Translations under genes and position numbers: made by a program | Source: a virus | Taxonomy: Duplodnaviria > Caudoviricetes | Virus record (IMG/VR): IMGVR_UViG_3300025108_000175 | Span: 1-35,987 of that record | Reading direction: 5' to 3' (one strand) | DNA: 35,987 nucleotides | Notes under the pieces: generated by a model | Databases searched by the model: none | The model's input: only the letters and a program-made list of their open reading frames with translations | Told to the model about the DNA's origin: nothing | In this document: piece by piece, positions 28,529 to 35,987 of the stretch | How positions within the stretch are numbered: the stretch's first letter is position 1 | Layout: each line of letters begins with the position of its first letter

Positions 28529-29501
28529 ATCTAGGGCTTACGATAGTTTCTTCCGCTACGTCATACTGGACAGCGACCTCGTAAACCCCCATTTCACTAC
28601 CGAGTTTCTCACCAGTGTAGAAGGGTGATATATTATTAGTATCCCATACGTAGCTAATAGTTCCTTGGCTATCTAAAGATACCCCTTCGGACTGGAACCC
28701 ACCTGCACCACTTTCCCCGGTTACCTGGACTCGGGCATCCAAAATCGGACTTTCGTTTAGTTTGGTAATACTAATTTTTGGGTTGGACAGCAACGAGCCT
28801 GTCTCCATTAGATTACGAAGATTTTGTTTAATAGATTCATTGTCTACCACAATTTCAGTTTGTATTTGAAGCCTTTTCTTGCTTCCCAGTTGCACGTACC
28901 GTTGAACTAGTTTGTTGGAGGTAGTAACTTCAAGTGGTTCGGAAACCGCAAACGTATTAGCGGTATCCATGTTGAAGGTGTTTACATAAATCTGGGCTCT
29001 AGAACCTTCGGCGTGTACCACAGTCCAGATATCAATATACCCTCCGGTCGCAGAGGCAGTATTGTTGTACGAGGGGTCCCAGTCCGCCGTTTTCCAATAC
29101 GTTCCGCTAGGCTGAAGAATAACGCTGAAATGACCTACTTTTTCTTTGAAAATTGAAGACGCGCTATAGCGTAAATCTCCTTCGTAATCGGTCTCGGCAG
29201 CACAAGCACTTACATTAGCATCAAACCCAATTCTCGCACCCTGCTCGCTCCGTTTATAGTTATGGAACACCATATTGGTGGCAGTAGAGCTCACCAAACC
29301 GTAATCAGTATCCCCAGGAGTTTGGTTTACGTAGGGAGATGCGGTACCAAAGGCGGTATTAGGGAAAATGTGAACAGAGCATACCTGGAAAGGGTCGCTT
29401 AGTTCGCCCGCAACATAGTTGAAAAAGTCCAGTTTAGCTGGAATAATAGGTGAAGGTCGATTGCCCCTTTGAATTACAGTAACGCCGTTGAATGTAGTCA
29501 T
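28509..29501 (-). CDS. Hypothetical beta-rich protein, probably virion structural
   Basis: 330 aa; preceded by a CTAAATA late-promoter-like motif; Ig-like patterns GGYIDIWTV and GVYEVAVQY. Confidence 0.55.
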   Translation of the reverse strand: MTTFNGVTVIQRGNRPSPIIPAKLDFFNYVAGELSDPFQVCSVHIFPNTAFGTASPYVNQTPGDTDYGLVSSTATNMVFHNYKRSEQGARIGFDANVSACAAETDYEGDLRYSASSIFKEKVGHFSVILQPSGTYWKTADWDPSYNNTASATGGYIDIWTVVHAEGSRAQIYVNTFNMDTANTFAVSEPLEVTTSNKLVQRYVQLGSKKRLQIQTEIVVDNESIKQNLRNLMETGSLLSNPKISITKLNESPILDARVQVTGESGAGGFQSEGVSLDSQGTISYVWDTNNISPFYTGEKLGSEMGVYEVAVQYDVAEETIVSPRFKLIAR

Positions 29502-29504
29502 CTC

Positions 29505-29687
29505 TTATTTATTTAGGGAGTCATAGGACTCTTTTTCCCTTTGATTCTCATCAATTAATAGCCCCATAAACTCATCTCTTTCAACAGCTGGCATAAGTAG
29601 CACGTCTTGGTAACTGAACCTCGCGTGTTTTACTAAATAATAAGCTTCCGACGCTAGAGCGGAGATTCGCGCTTCTAGCTCACTGAG
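29505..29687 (-). CDS. gp51-like / E'-like module (60 aa) lacking an upstream start; predicted -1 frameshift extension of the upstream gene
   Basis: Hand translation: LSELEARISALASEAYYLVKHARFSYQDVLLMPAVERDEFMGLLIDENQREKESYDSLNK*. It fills the gap between two genes and resembles T4-like gp51. No ATG/GTG/TTG lies between the upstream in-frame TGA and codon 29. Confidence 0.75.
   Translation of the reverse strand, partial: LSELEARISALASEAYYLVKHARFSYQDVLLMPAVERDEFMGLLIDENQREKESYDSLNK
29510..29516 (-). promoter_or_regulatory. Putative late promoter CTAAATA
   Basis: CTAAATAaataagagATG before the 330-aa gene. Confidence 0.55.
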
Positions 29688-29693
29688 AAAAAA
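29653..29693 (-). promoter_or_regulatory. Putative -1 programmed ribosomal frameshift signal
   Basis: T TTT TTC (29693-29687) in X XXY YYZ register, 7-nt spacer TCAGTGA, then hairpin GCTAGA(A)GCG-CGAATCTC-CGCTCTAGC (29679-29653) containing the frame-0 TAG. Confidence 0.7.
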
Positions 29694-30589
29694 GATTCTG
29701 TAAACGGAATAAGACTTTCGGTGACCGCATCACAATTCGCGCACTCGTAAGACATCGCTTTATTCATGCCGTAATTATCTTTCGTAAGAGCCTCACGGAA
29801 ATACGCAACGTCGCGGACTGTAGTAGCTTCGAAGAAACCTTTAATTATTTTTTTCTCGCTGTACTGTCCCACCGATAAAGCGAAGCGCCATAAATTATCA
29901 ATTAATTTCCCGGCACTTTCCAGGTACTGCTCATCTTTGCATCGAGGAGTTATGAACCTAACTTCTTGTTGGGAATCTGGTAGGGTGACCGTAAGGGGCT
30001 CTTGAAACCCATCTTCTGCGTAAGTGACAGGAACCTCTGAAATTTTCACGGTCAGTTTATTAACTGACTGGCATTCCTGACACTCTGCCTGAATAGTATA
30101 GTCATCACCATAAGAAATCTCTCTTAATTTAAACAAAATATAATTTTTGTCTTCTAAAGTCATTGAGTCGTAATCTAGCCCGCGCACACAATCTTCAATC
30201 AAAGCGTTAATCACCTTTAGTCCTTGAGCATTGGTTTTAATGCTGCGTAACTTTCTTTCTTGTGCAAAAGTAAAAGGTTTAATCATAATACTTTCGTCAC
30301 AGTCTACATAAGCCAATCCTCTTGAGGGGAGTTTTAAGGCTCTCCAGTCTTGGTTAGTCGTTACATTAGAAAGGAGGTCTGCTACTGCATCTGATAGTTT
30401 GCCGTCAAAGTGTTCTTTAATTTGTGGAGTTTCCTCCCCCTTATCGGAAGTAGGTTTTACAGCGCTTTGATGGCGACTGGCAACGGGTGCCTCGGGAATG
30501 TCCACTCCTTGCTCGGGAGAGGCACCCTGCTTCTCCATATGTTCTCTAGCAAGCTCAATAAGACTTTTTTCTTTTTCGGGTTTTGGCAT
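29675..30589 (-). CDS. Baseplate hub assembly protein, T4 gp26-like (tail assembly chaperone-like)
   Basis: LKLPSRGLAY, IKPFTFAQERKL, DKNYILFKLREISYGDDY, CQEC, VTLPDS..VRF..PR, CANC and C-terminal IPFTESFF. Confidence 0.82.
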   Translation of the reverse strand: MPKPEKEKSLIELAREHMEKQGASPEQGVDIPEAPVASRHQSAVKPTSDKGEETPQIKEHFDGKLSDAVADLLSNVTTNQDWRALKLPSRGLAYVDCDESIMIKPFTFAQERKLRSIKTNAQGLKVINALIEDCVRGLDYDSMTLEDKNYILFKLREISYGDDYTIQAECQECQSVNKLTVKISEVPVTYAEDGFQEPLTVTLPDSQQEVRFITPRCKDEQYLESAGKLIDNLWRFALSVGQYSEKKIIKGFFEATTVRDVAYFREALTKDNYGMNKAMSYECANCDAVTESLIPFTESFFSVS

Positions 30590-30610
30590 GTTTAATTAAA
30601 ATAGTTTGAT

Positions 30611-30629
30611 ACTATTATACTATAATAGT
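30611..30629. promoter_or_regulatory. Perfect palindrome carrying TATAAT on both strands between divergent genes
   Basis: ACTATTATA-C-TATAATAGT in the 43-bp gap between the gp26-like gene (-) and the helicase (+). Confidence 0.6.
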
Positions 30630-30632
30630 GAT

Positions 30633-31982
30633 ATGCTAAAAATTATTGTTGAAAATAATGTTTCTTTTCTAAAAACAAGCAATAAAAAGCTCTTAACAAC
30701 TTTAAAAAAGAAATATAGCGCAAAGGTTCCCGGCTATAACTATTCTTCTGCCTATAAAAAGGGCGGCTGGAATGGCGAAAAGCATTTTTTCTCTGATAAA
30801 ACAGGAAAGTTCGGAACCGGTCTTTTATCTCATATCGAGGAAGACCTTACTTATTTAGGTATGGACTACGAAATAGAGGATTTGAGGACTGCTACCCACT
30901 CTGACGATATCTCTTTACCCGGGATAACTTTACGAGATTATCAAGAATCCATGATTAGAAAGGCATTAGACGCCAAAGGATGTATCGTTAAGGCTCCTAC
31001 GGGCGCGGGAAAGACTCTTATTCTCGGAGGGCTACTTAAAGCTCTAGAAGGGAAAACAGGTCTTATCTTCTTCACCAAAAAACAGCTGCTCAAACAAACA
31101 TACGACGAGCTTAGGGAGTGGGGGATTGATGTAGGTCTAGCCTTCGGGGACGGAGTAATACTCAAGCCCATGACGTTATGCACTGTCCAGTCTATTGATA
31201 AGGTTATTGATAGCCACCTTAAACAGTCGGACTTCATCATTTTTGATGAGGTACATGAATTCGCCAAAGGAAAGGTCGCTACCAAGGTCATAAAGTCTTT
31301 CCCTAACGCTGCTTACAGGATTGGTATGACTGCCACAGTACCTCGGGACCCTATGAGCCGTCTAAATCTTATATCGGGACTAGGCGGCATTATTGAAGAA
31401 GTTGACGCTAAAGGTCTTATTGACGAAGGATTCCTCACCGAGCCGCTCATCCAAATAATACCCATAAAAGATACGGGCACAGTGGAGGATACCGAGCTAT
31501 CTTACCGGGAGGTATACGAGAAGTTCGTCACGGAGAATGATGACCGCAACGATATTATCGTGGATTTAGTGAAAAAAATTCAACAAAAACAATCCAGGAC
31601 CCTTATAATAGTTAAAGACCTTAAACATGCTGAGATTTTGCATTCACGTATCCCTAACTCCTTTAAACTAGAAGGAAAAGATGATTTGGCTGCTCGAAAA
31701 AAGACTATCGACGCCTTTAAAGATGACTCCGTCTCAGTCCTAATAGGTACTACGATTATGCAAACAGGTATTGATATCCCGGAAATCACCCACCTCATTA
31801 ATGCGCGTGGGCTGAAATCTGAGATTGCTACGCTACAGGCTCTCGGACGAGCCTTACGTATTCACAAATCTAAGAATCGCGTGTTTATCTACGATTTCTT
31901 TGACAGAGCGCCTTACTTAGAAAAACACGCCAAAGAGCGTATTAAATCCTACGAATCCCTAGGAATGGAGATTAAAAAATGA
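30633..31982 (+). CDS. uvsW: SF2 DNA helicase, UvsW-like
   Basis: LRDYQ, APTGAGKT, IFDEVHE, GMTAT, TGIDIP and QALGRALR; N-terminal Y..S.AYKKGGWNG. ATG 30633 preferred over TTG 30606. Confidence 0.9.
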   Translation: MLKIIVENNVSFLKTSNKKLLTTLKKKYSAKVPGYNYSSAYKKGGWNGEKHFFSDKTGKFGTGLLSHIEEDLTYLGMDYEIEDLRTATHSDDISLPGITLRDYQESMIRKALDAKGCIVKAPTGAGKTLILGGLLKALEGKTGLIFFTKKQLLKQTYDELREWGIDVGLAFGDGVILKPMTLCTVQSIDKVIDSHLKQSDFIIFDEVHEFAKGKVATKVIKSFPNAAYRIGMTATVPRDPMSRLNLISGLGGIIEEVDAKGLIDEGFLTEPLIQIIPIKDTGTVEDTELSYREVYEKFVTENDDRNDIIVDLVKKIQQKQSRTLIIVKDLKHAEILHSRIPNSFKLEGKDDLAARKKTIDAFKDDSVSVLIGTTIMQTGIDIPEITHLINARGLKSEIATLQALGRALRIHKSKNRVFIYDFFDRAPYLEKHAKERIKSYESLGMEIKK

Positions 31983-32212
31983 AAAATAAAAAAGACGAAG
32001 AAAGAAAATTAAATGAGGTTACCCCTCAAATGGTGGAACGCCTGACCATTATGGCACAAACGCTCACACAAATGAAAGCCAAGGGAAGGACTATCAATGA
32101 ACAAACAATAAAGGAGTTGGATAACTTAATATCCGAACTCCTTGTATTGCGGTCGTCGTGTGTAGATAACGTTATTAACTGGACTAAGCAGGGCTATCTT
32201 GTGGAGGAGTAG
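31979..32212 (+). CDS. Hypothetical protein (77 aa, helical)
   Basis: ATGA overlap with the helicase stop; GGAG upstream. Confidence 0.65.
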   Translation: MKNKKDEERKLNEVTPQMVERLTIMAQTLTQMKAKGRTINEQTIKELDNLISELLVLRSSCVDNVINWTKQGYLVEE

Positions 32213-33926
32213 GTTCTTCACCTTCTCCTGCTGCGATATCTTGCTCCTCTTCTTCCCCATCTTCTAGGTTGAGGTCCATATCGCCCACGACATCCTCGAT
32301 AGTATCAACTAATTCGCGGAAGTCCTTATCGGCTGAACCTAGTGCAACGTCTTCAGCGTGTTCCTCCTCTTCAGCTTCAGCAGCCTCTTCTTCGGTTTCT
32401 TCTGCAACAGCCTCTACACTTTCTTTACGAAGCTTCTTTAGGTCTTTGGCGTCGATGTCGCCGTCCTCGTCCTTATCAAGCTCGTCTTGGTCTCCAGTAA
32501 GGTCGTTCTTACCTTTCTTTTTCTTCTTGTTCTTACCTTTCTTTTTCTTCTCGTCCTCATCACCATTCTCGTCCTTTTTCTTCTCGTCCTCATCACCATT
32601 CGACTTGCCGCCAGAGTTAGACAGGGCATCATCATCTCCGTAGTATTGAGCTTCACCTAAATTGTGGGTTAAGTAATCAGAAAGCTTCTTCATGTGGAAG
32701 TCTTCGTCAATATCAACAATATGGAAATTAGACTCTGCCATAACCTCTGAAAGTGTGCTTGCGATATCTAGTACCTGCACACCGCCCTTACGGGACATGC
32801 ACGATGCAAACTCCTTTAGGACATCGGAAAGAATTCCTTCGTCGCAGGACTCGGCAATCATACCCAGTACTTCTGATTGAACTTCGGCTAAACCCTTGAA
32901 GGAGGGTACAAAGCGAAGGCTCTGAATATTTACGCCATACTTGGAGTTGAGTGCCTCAAGAACCATAGTCTTGAGAGGTTTTTTGAATTCGTAAATCTTG
33001 TTAACAAATTCCCGAATATCCTTTTGAGGTACAGTACCGGGGTTGCTTACCTGGAAAGTAGCGTCCATGACGTTAGTTAAGTCTACTTTGTTTGATAGTG
33101 CTAGGTAGGGAACTGCGGCAACAGCCTCTCTTAACGTACCTTTAATGGTCGAGTCATCTGAGTAAATTTTAGATGCTAGAGAAGCGACGTGGTCGTTATT
33201 GTGCCACATTTTAGAAAAGGAGTCTTTGGCTTCTAGTAATTCCTTACGAACCAGTTCCTTATCACAAACCATTTCGTAAAGAGTTCTCTTAGAGTTCGAG
33301 GGAACTACGACAAACTCTTCTTTAAGGTTTTCAATATCCAGTTTAGGTAAGTCATAGGTATCGCCAACTACCTTAGAAAGGCGAAGACCTTCCACCAACT
33401 TAGCATTAGTGGAGAGAGACTCTGCATTTTCCTCCAAGAACTTCTTAAGAAGTGGGAGTGCCTCAACAAACTTCTTGTACGCTTTGGCCTCAAAGATATT
33501 GTAGGACTCATTGAAACGGTCTAGTTTCTTAGAAAGCTTTTTGCGGCTGTTACCGATTTGGGCTCTCATAGAAAAAGACTCAACGATACTGTCAAAGTTA
33601 ACTTCAGCGACATCGTAACGGTCTGAGACCAGTGATTCCATGAACTTATGAACCTCAGCCTCCACCCGGTTATCAATTGCCTCATCGGAGGTAATAGTGT
33701 CTAAGTCCTCCACAATAAAGTTTTCCAGAGTTAAGCGACCTTTAATCTCTTTATAATCGCAAGAGATTAAGTGGTTGCTTTCGGTAACAAAAGTAACACT
33801 GTTCTTCGAATCATCAATATCGAAAATAACGAGGTTCTCTCGTAGGCGGCGACCTAAGTAATCGCCAGCCTCAGTAATTCGTGCATAATTCTTGTCACGG
33901 GAAACAAATAGGTTTTTCAAATTCAT
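32184..33926 (-). CDS. Acidic protein next to portal; probable prohead core/scaffold
   Basis: 580 aa, directly downstream of the portal gene, own promoter-like motif, very acidic C-terminus, many hydrophobic-x-Glu motifs. Confidence 0.5.
   Translation of the reverse strand: MNLKNLFVSRDKNYARITEAGDYLGRRLRENLVIFDIDDSKNSVTFVTESNHLISCDYKEIKGRLTLENFIVEDLDTITSDEAIDNRVEAEVHKFMESLVSDRYDVAEVNFDSIVESFSMRAQIGNSRKKLSKKLDRFNESYNIFEAKAYKKFVEALPLLKKFLEENAESLSTNAKLVEGLRLSKVVGDTYDLPKLDIENLKEEFVVVPSNSKRTLYEMVCDKELVRKELLEAKDSFSKMWHNNDHVASLASKIYSDDSTIKGTLREAVAAVPYLALSNKVDLTNVMDATFQVSNPGTVPQKDIREFVNKIYEFKKPLKTMVLEALNSKYGVNIQSLRFVPSFKGLAEVQSEVLGMIAESCDEGILSDVLKEFASCMSRKGGVQVLDIASTLSEVMAESNFHIVDIDEDFHMKKLSDYLTHNLGEAQYYGDDDALSNSGGKSNGDEDEKKKDENGDEDEKKKKGKNKKKKKGKNDLTGDQDELDKDEDGDIDAKDLKKLRKESVEAVAEETEEEAAEAEEEEHAEDVALGSADKDFRELVDTIEDVVGDMDLNLEDGEEEEQDIAAGEGEEPTPPQDSPA
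32505..32601. repeat. Two overlapping in-frame tandem duplications (24-bp and 33-bp periods)
   Basis: GTTCTTACCTTTCTTTTTCTTCT at 32505 and 32529; CTTTTTCTTCTCGTCCTCATCACCATTC at 32541 and 32574. They encode NGDEDEKK x2 and KKKKGKN x2. Confidence 0.9.
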
Positions 33927-33937
33927 AGTTCTTATTT

Positions 33938-33944
33938 TATATAG
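33938..33944 (-). promoter_or_regulatory. Putative late promoter CTATATA
   Basis: CTATATAaaataagaactATG in the intergenic gap before the 580-aa gene. Confidence 0.5.
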
Positions 33945-33970
33945 AGTTCTAAAAGTTACTCTTTTTGGTT

Positions 33971-35605
33971 TTATTCACCGGGTTCTGGTTGGGGGGCTCC
34001 TCCAGGTGGAGGAGGTGCGCCGCCGGGTGGGGGAGGTGCGGCGCCGGGTTCTGGCATTGCCGGTGCTTCGGCTTCTTTTTGCAAGGTCACCTCTTTAATT
34101 TCCAAATCAGTCATAGTGTAGAAGTTTTTATAAATATATTCATTGGAAAACAAATCCAATCCTTTCACCGCTTGTACGACTCGGGTTTTCTGTTCTGCAA
34201 GCTCCAGCTTTCTTTTCTCACTCAGGTCCGATGGTGGAGCTAGTTTAATTTTAATTGCATTAATCGAAGACTTAGGGAATTGACGCAACTCCAAGTGGCG
34301 TTTGATTAAGGTCTCCAAACATACTTCCGCATCGCGTTGTACGCGCATAACGGCTTTAGCAAACTTAGCGTCAAGCTGAGACAAATTAGCTTTGCGCTCA
34401 GGGGACTTATCTTTTTCGACAATAAAGTCCTTAGGAATCTTCATTGAAGCCAATACTTTATCGCGGAAGTAGCGCACGTCGTCAATCTCACCTAAGTTTT
34501 GTGCGCCTGGAAGAGTTTCAATTTTAGTGCCTTGTCCGTTTTTCATAGGAACAAAGAAGTCTTCTTCCGCTGACAATGGGTTGAACCTTTCGTCAGCATT
34601 ACCGGTCTCATTGTTAAAGAACTTCTCTTTCTTGAACTTAGCCTTAATACGTTCCATGAACATCTCAACCTTCGTTTGGGGGAGATTACCAGTATCAATA
34701 TAGAAAATACGACGCTCGGGCGCTCTGTGCAAACGATAGATGAGCATTGCGTCTTCCATCATTCTTAGCGACTTCCAAGAGCGCACACCAGGAGCGCAGA
34801 TAGACTTACCGTAAGGATAATAGTTAGAATCAGACGTGTGCAATCTAAAGTGGATGAGCTGGTTTCTATCCAGTTGGATAGTGTTTCTCTTATCAAGCTT
34901 TGCTCCCTGTCCGTACTGTTGTGCGGCTGCGGTGCTTTGTGGGACTTCCTGGATAAACCCTTTAAGGTATCCATACCTATCCTCTCTCCGGAAAATAAAG
35001 ACGGGGTTTAGAATTTTAAGTCTTTGAATACCTGCATCGGGGTTATTCATGTCCACGATGTTTTCAACGAAACAATCCCCGTACTTACACATGTTACGAA
35101 TAATATCCCAGAGGTACTTATCGAGGTCGGTCTCGCTCACAAATCGGTCTACAGCTTCCTTTACTATCTCGTCTTCAGTCTCAACCGCAAGCATCTCACC
35201 ATCTAAGTGAGTTTGAGTAGCGTCATCGGCATAAATATCTAACGCAGCACCAATTTCAGGATACTCATCCATCTTTTCATAGTCTTGGTATCTGCGCCGA
35301 CGTTCGTACTCAACTTGGGGTAGGGAGGTTGCTCCCTTAACGACATTAACGGAACCTTGGATGGCTCCTCCGTCAGGTTCCCCGTCCGCATTTTTTACAA
35401 CATCTCCACGGTAAGGGTCTTGCGCGGGGGGTCTACCCGGCTTTCTTTTTGTAGTAAAAAAAGATTTAAAAAATGCCGCGAACCGTCCAGACAGGGGGCT
35501 TCCCTGTCCAAATGTGTTAGAGCCTGGGAATGATGTATACCCCGCGTTCTCCTCTAGATTCTCATCCAGACGGTCGTCTTTGTCGTTGTTGTCGTTTAAA
35601 TCCAT
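33971..35605 (-). CDS. Portal protein, T4 gp20-like
   Basis: YPEIGAALDIYADDA, LRMMEDAMLIYRLHRAPERRIFYIDTGNLP, EEDFFVP and GTKIETLPGAQNLGEIDDVRYF. Confidence 0.97.
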   Translation of the reverse strand: MDLNDNNDKDDRLDENLEENAGYTSFPGSNTFGQGSPLSGRFAAFFKSFFTTKRKPGRPPAQDPYRGDVVKNADGEPDGGAIQGSVNVVKGATSLPQVEYERRRRYQDYEKMDEYPEIGAALDIYADDATQTHLDGEMLAVETEDEIVKEAVDRFVSETDLDKYLWDIIRNMCKYGDCFVENIVDMNNPDAGIQRLKILNPVFIFRREDRYGYLKGFIQEVPQSTAAAQQYGQGAKLDKRNTIQLDRNQLIHFRLHTSDSNYYPYGKSICAPGVRSWKSLRMMEDAMLIYRLHRAPERRIFYIDTGNLPQTKVEMFMERIKAKFKKEKFFNNETGNADERFNPLSAEEDFFVPMKNGQGTKIETLPGAQNLGEIDDVRYFRDKVLASMKIPKDFIVEKDKSPERKANLSQLDAKFAKAVMRVQRDAEVCLETLIKRHLELRQFPKSSINAIKIKLAPPSDLSEKRKLELAEQKTRVVQAVKGLDLFSNEYIYKNFYTMTDLEIKEVTLQKEAEAPAMPEPGAAPPPPGGAPPPPGGAPQPEPGE

Positions 35606-35987
35606 TTTCTATATTCGTCGAATTCTTGGTCCTTACTGTATGTACCCCTAGAGAACCCAGCAGAACCTAAATCTTTTGTTCCGGGTTCAGCCAAATCTCC
35701 TTTTACAATAGGGATAGGGCTTTTTGAGACGATGTCACCCATTACAGTGGCACCAATAGCCATACTCATGACCAAATCGTCGGCAAATCCATCTTCTGCT
35801 TGGATTTTACCAGTCTTACTTATTATAAAAGTAGTTAACTCCTTAAAACTTCTCTCCGAATTCACTTTTATTTTTGAAGTTTTCAAATTCTCTTGTAAGT
35901 TATTTAAAATTTGGTCTCTATTCTTGTTGTTTACCAAATACCCCATCTCTCCTTTCTCATCTGTCCACATATTTTCATACTCATGAA
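35596..35987 (-). CDS. terL: Terminase large subunit, T4 gp17-like, C-terminal nuclease part (5' end outside window)
   Basis: The frame stays open to the window edge (HEYENMWTD...). ELTTFI...IQAEDGFADDLVMSMAIG motif; immediately upstream of the portal gene. Confidence 0.9.
   Translation of the reverse strand, partial: HEYENMWTDEKGEMGYLVNNKNRDQILNNLQENLKTSKIKVNSERSFKELTTFIISKTGKIQAEDGFADDLVMSMAIGATVMGDIVSKSPIPIVKGDLAEPGTKDLGSAGFSRGTYSKDQEFDEYRKWI

Noticed and set aside
32505-32601. Direct repeats as a possible mini-CRISPR array
   Set aside because: They are in-frame coding duplications with two copies each and no unique spacers.
35455-35475. T TTT TTT slippery-like heptamer in the portal gene (also A AAA AAA at 1204-1210)
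   Set aside because: Both are mid-gene, with no obvious hairpin or orphan -1 frame needing explanation. They show such heptamers arise by chance, so the 29687 call rests on its additional features.
1-35987. Stop-codon reassignment, tRNAs, introns/inteins, diversity-generating retroelement
   Set aside because: Long genes are intact and abut in the standard code, intergenic gaps are very short, and I saw no tRNA, intein, homing endonuclease or reverse transcriptase motifs by eye.

Overview
This is a 36-kb fragment of a large, probably uncultured T4-like myovirus (contractile-tailed phage). It reads in the standard genetic code and is almost entirely coding. Along the minus strand from the right end, the order is: terminase large subunit (3' part), T4 gp20-type portal, a 580-aa acidic probable prohead-core protein, then a mixed-strand block (UvsW-like helicase, gp26-like protein with a gp51-like module, primase, Fe-S PD-(D/E)XK nuclease, gp2-like DNA end protector). 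A tightly coupled tail/baseplate block follows: tape measure, tube initiator, gp53/LysM-like protein, a very large hub, HxH-tipped spike, LamG protein, gp25, gp6/J, a very large gp7/I-like wedge, two related collar/wedge proteins, and a beta-helix tailspike that runs off the left edge and is missing from the ORF track. The best candidate for new biology is an apparent programmed -1 ribosomal frameshift (U UUU UUC, 7-nt spacer, hairpin) fusing the gp26-like gene to a 60-codon gp51-like frame that has no upstream start codon, as in lambda G/GT or P2 E/E'. All family assignments come from motifs recognised by eye; no database searches were run.
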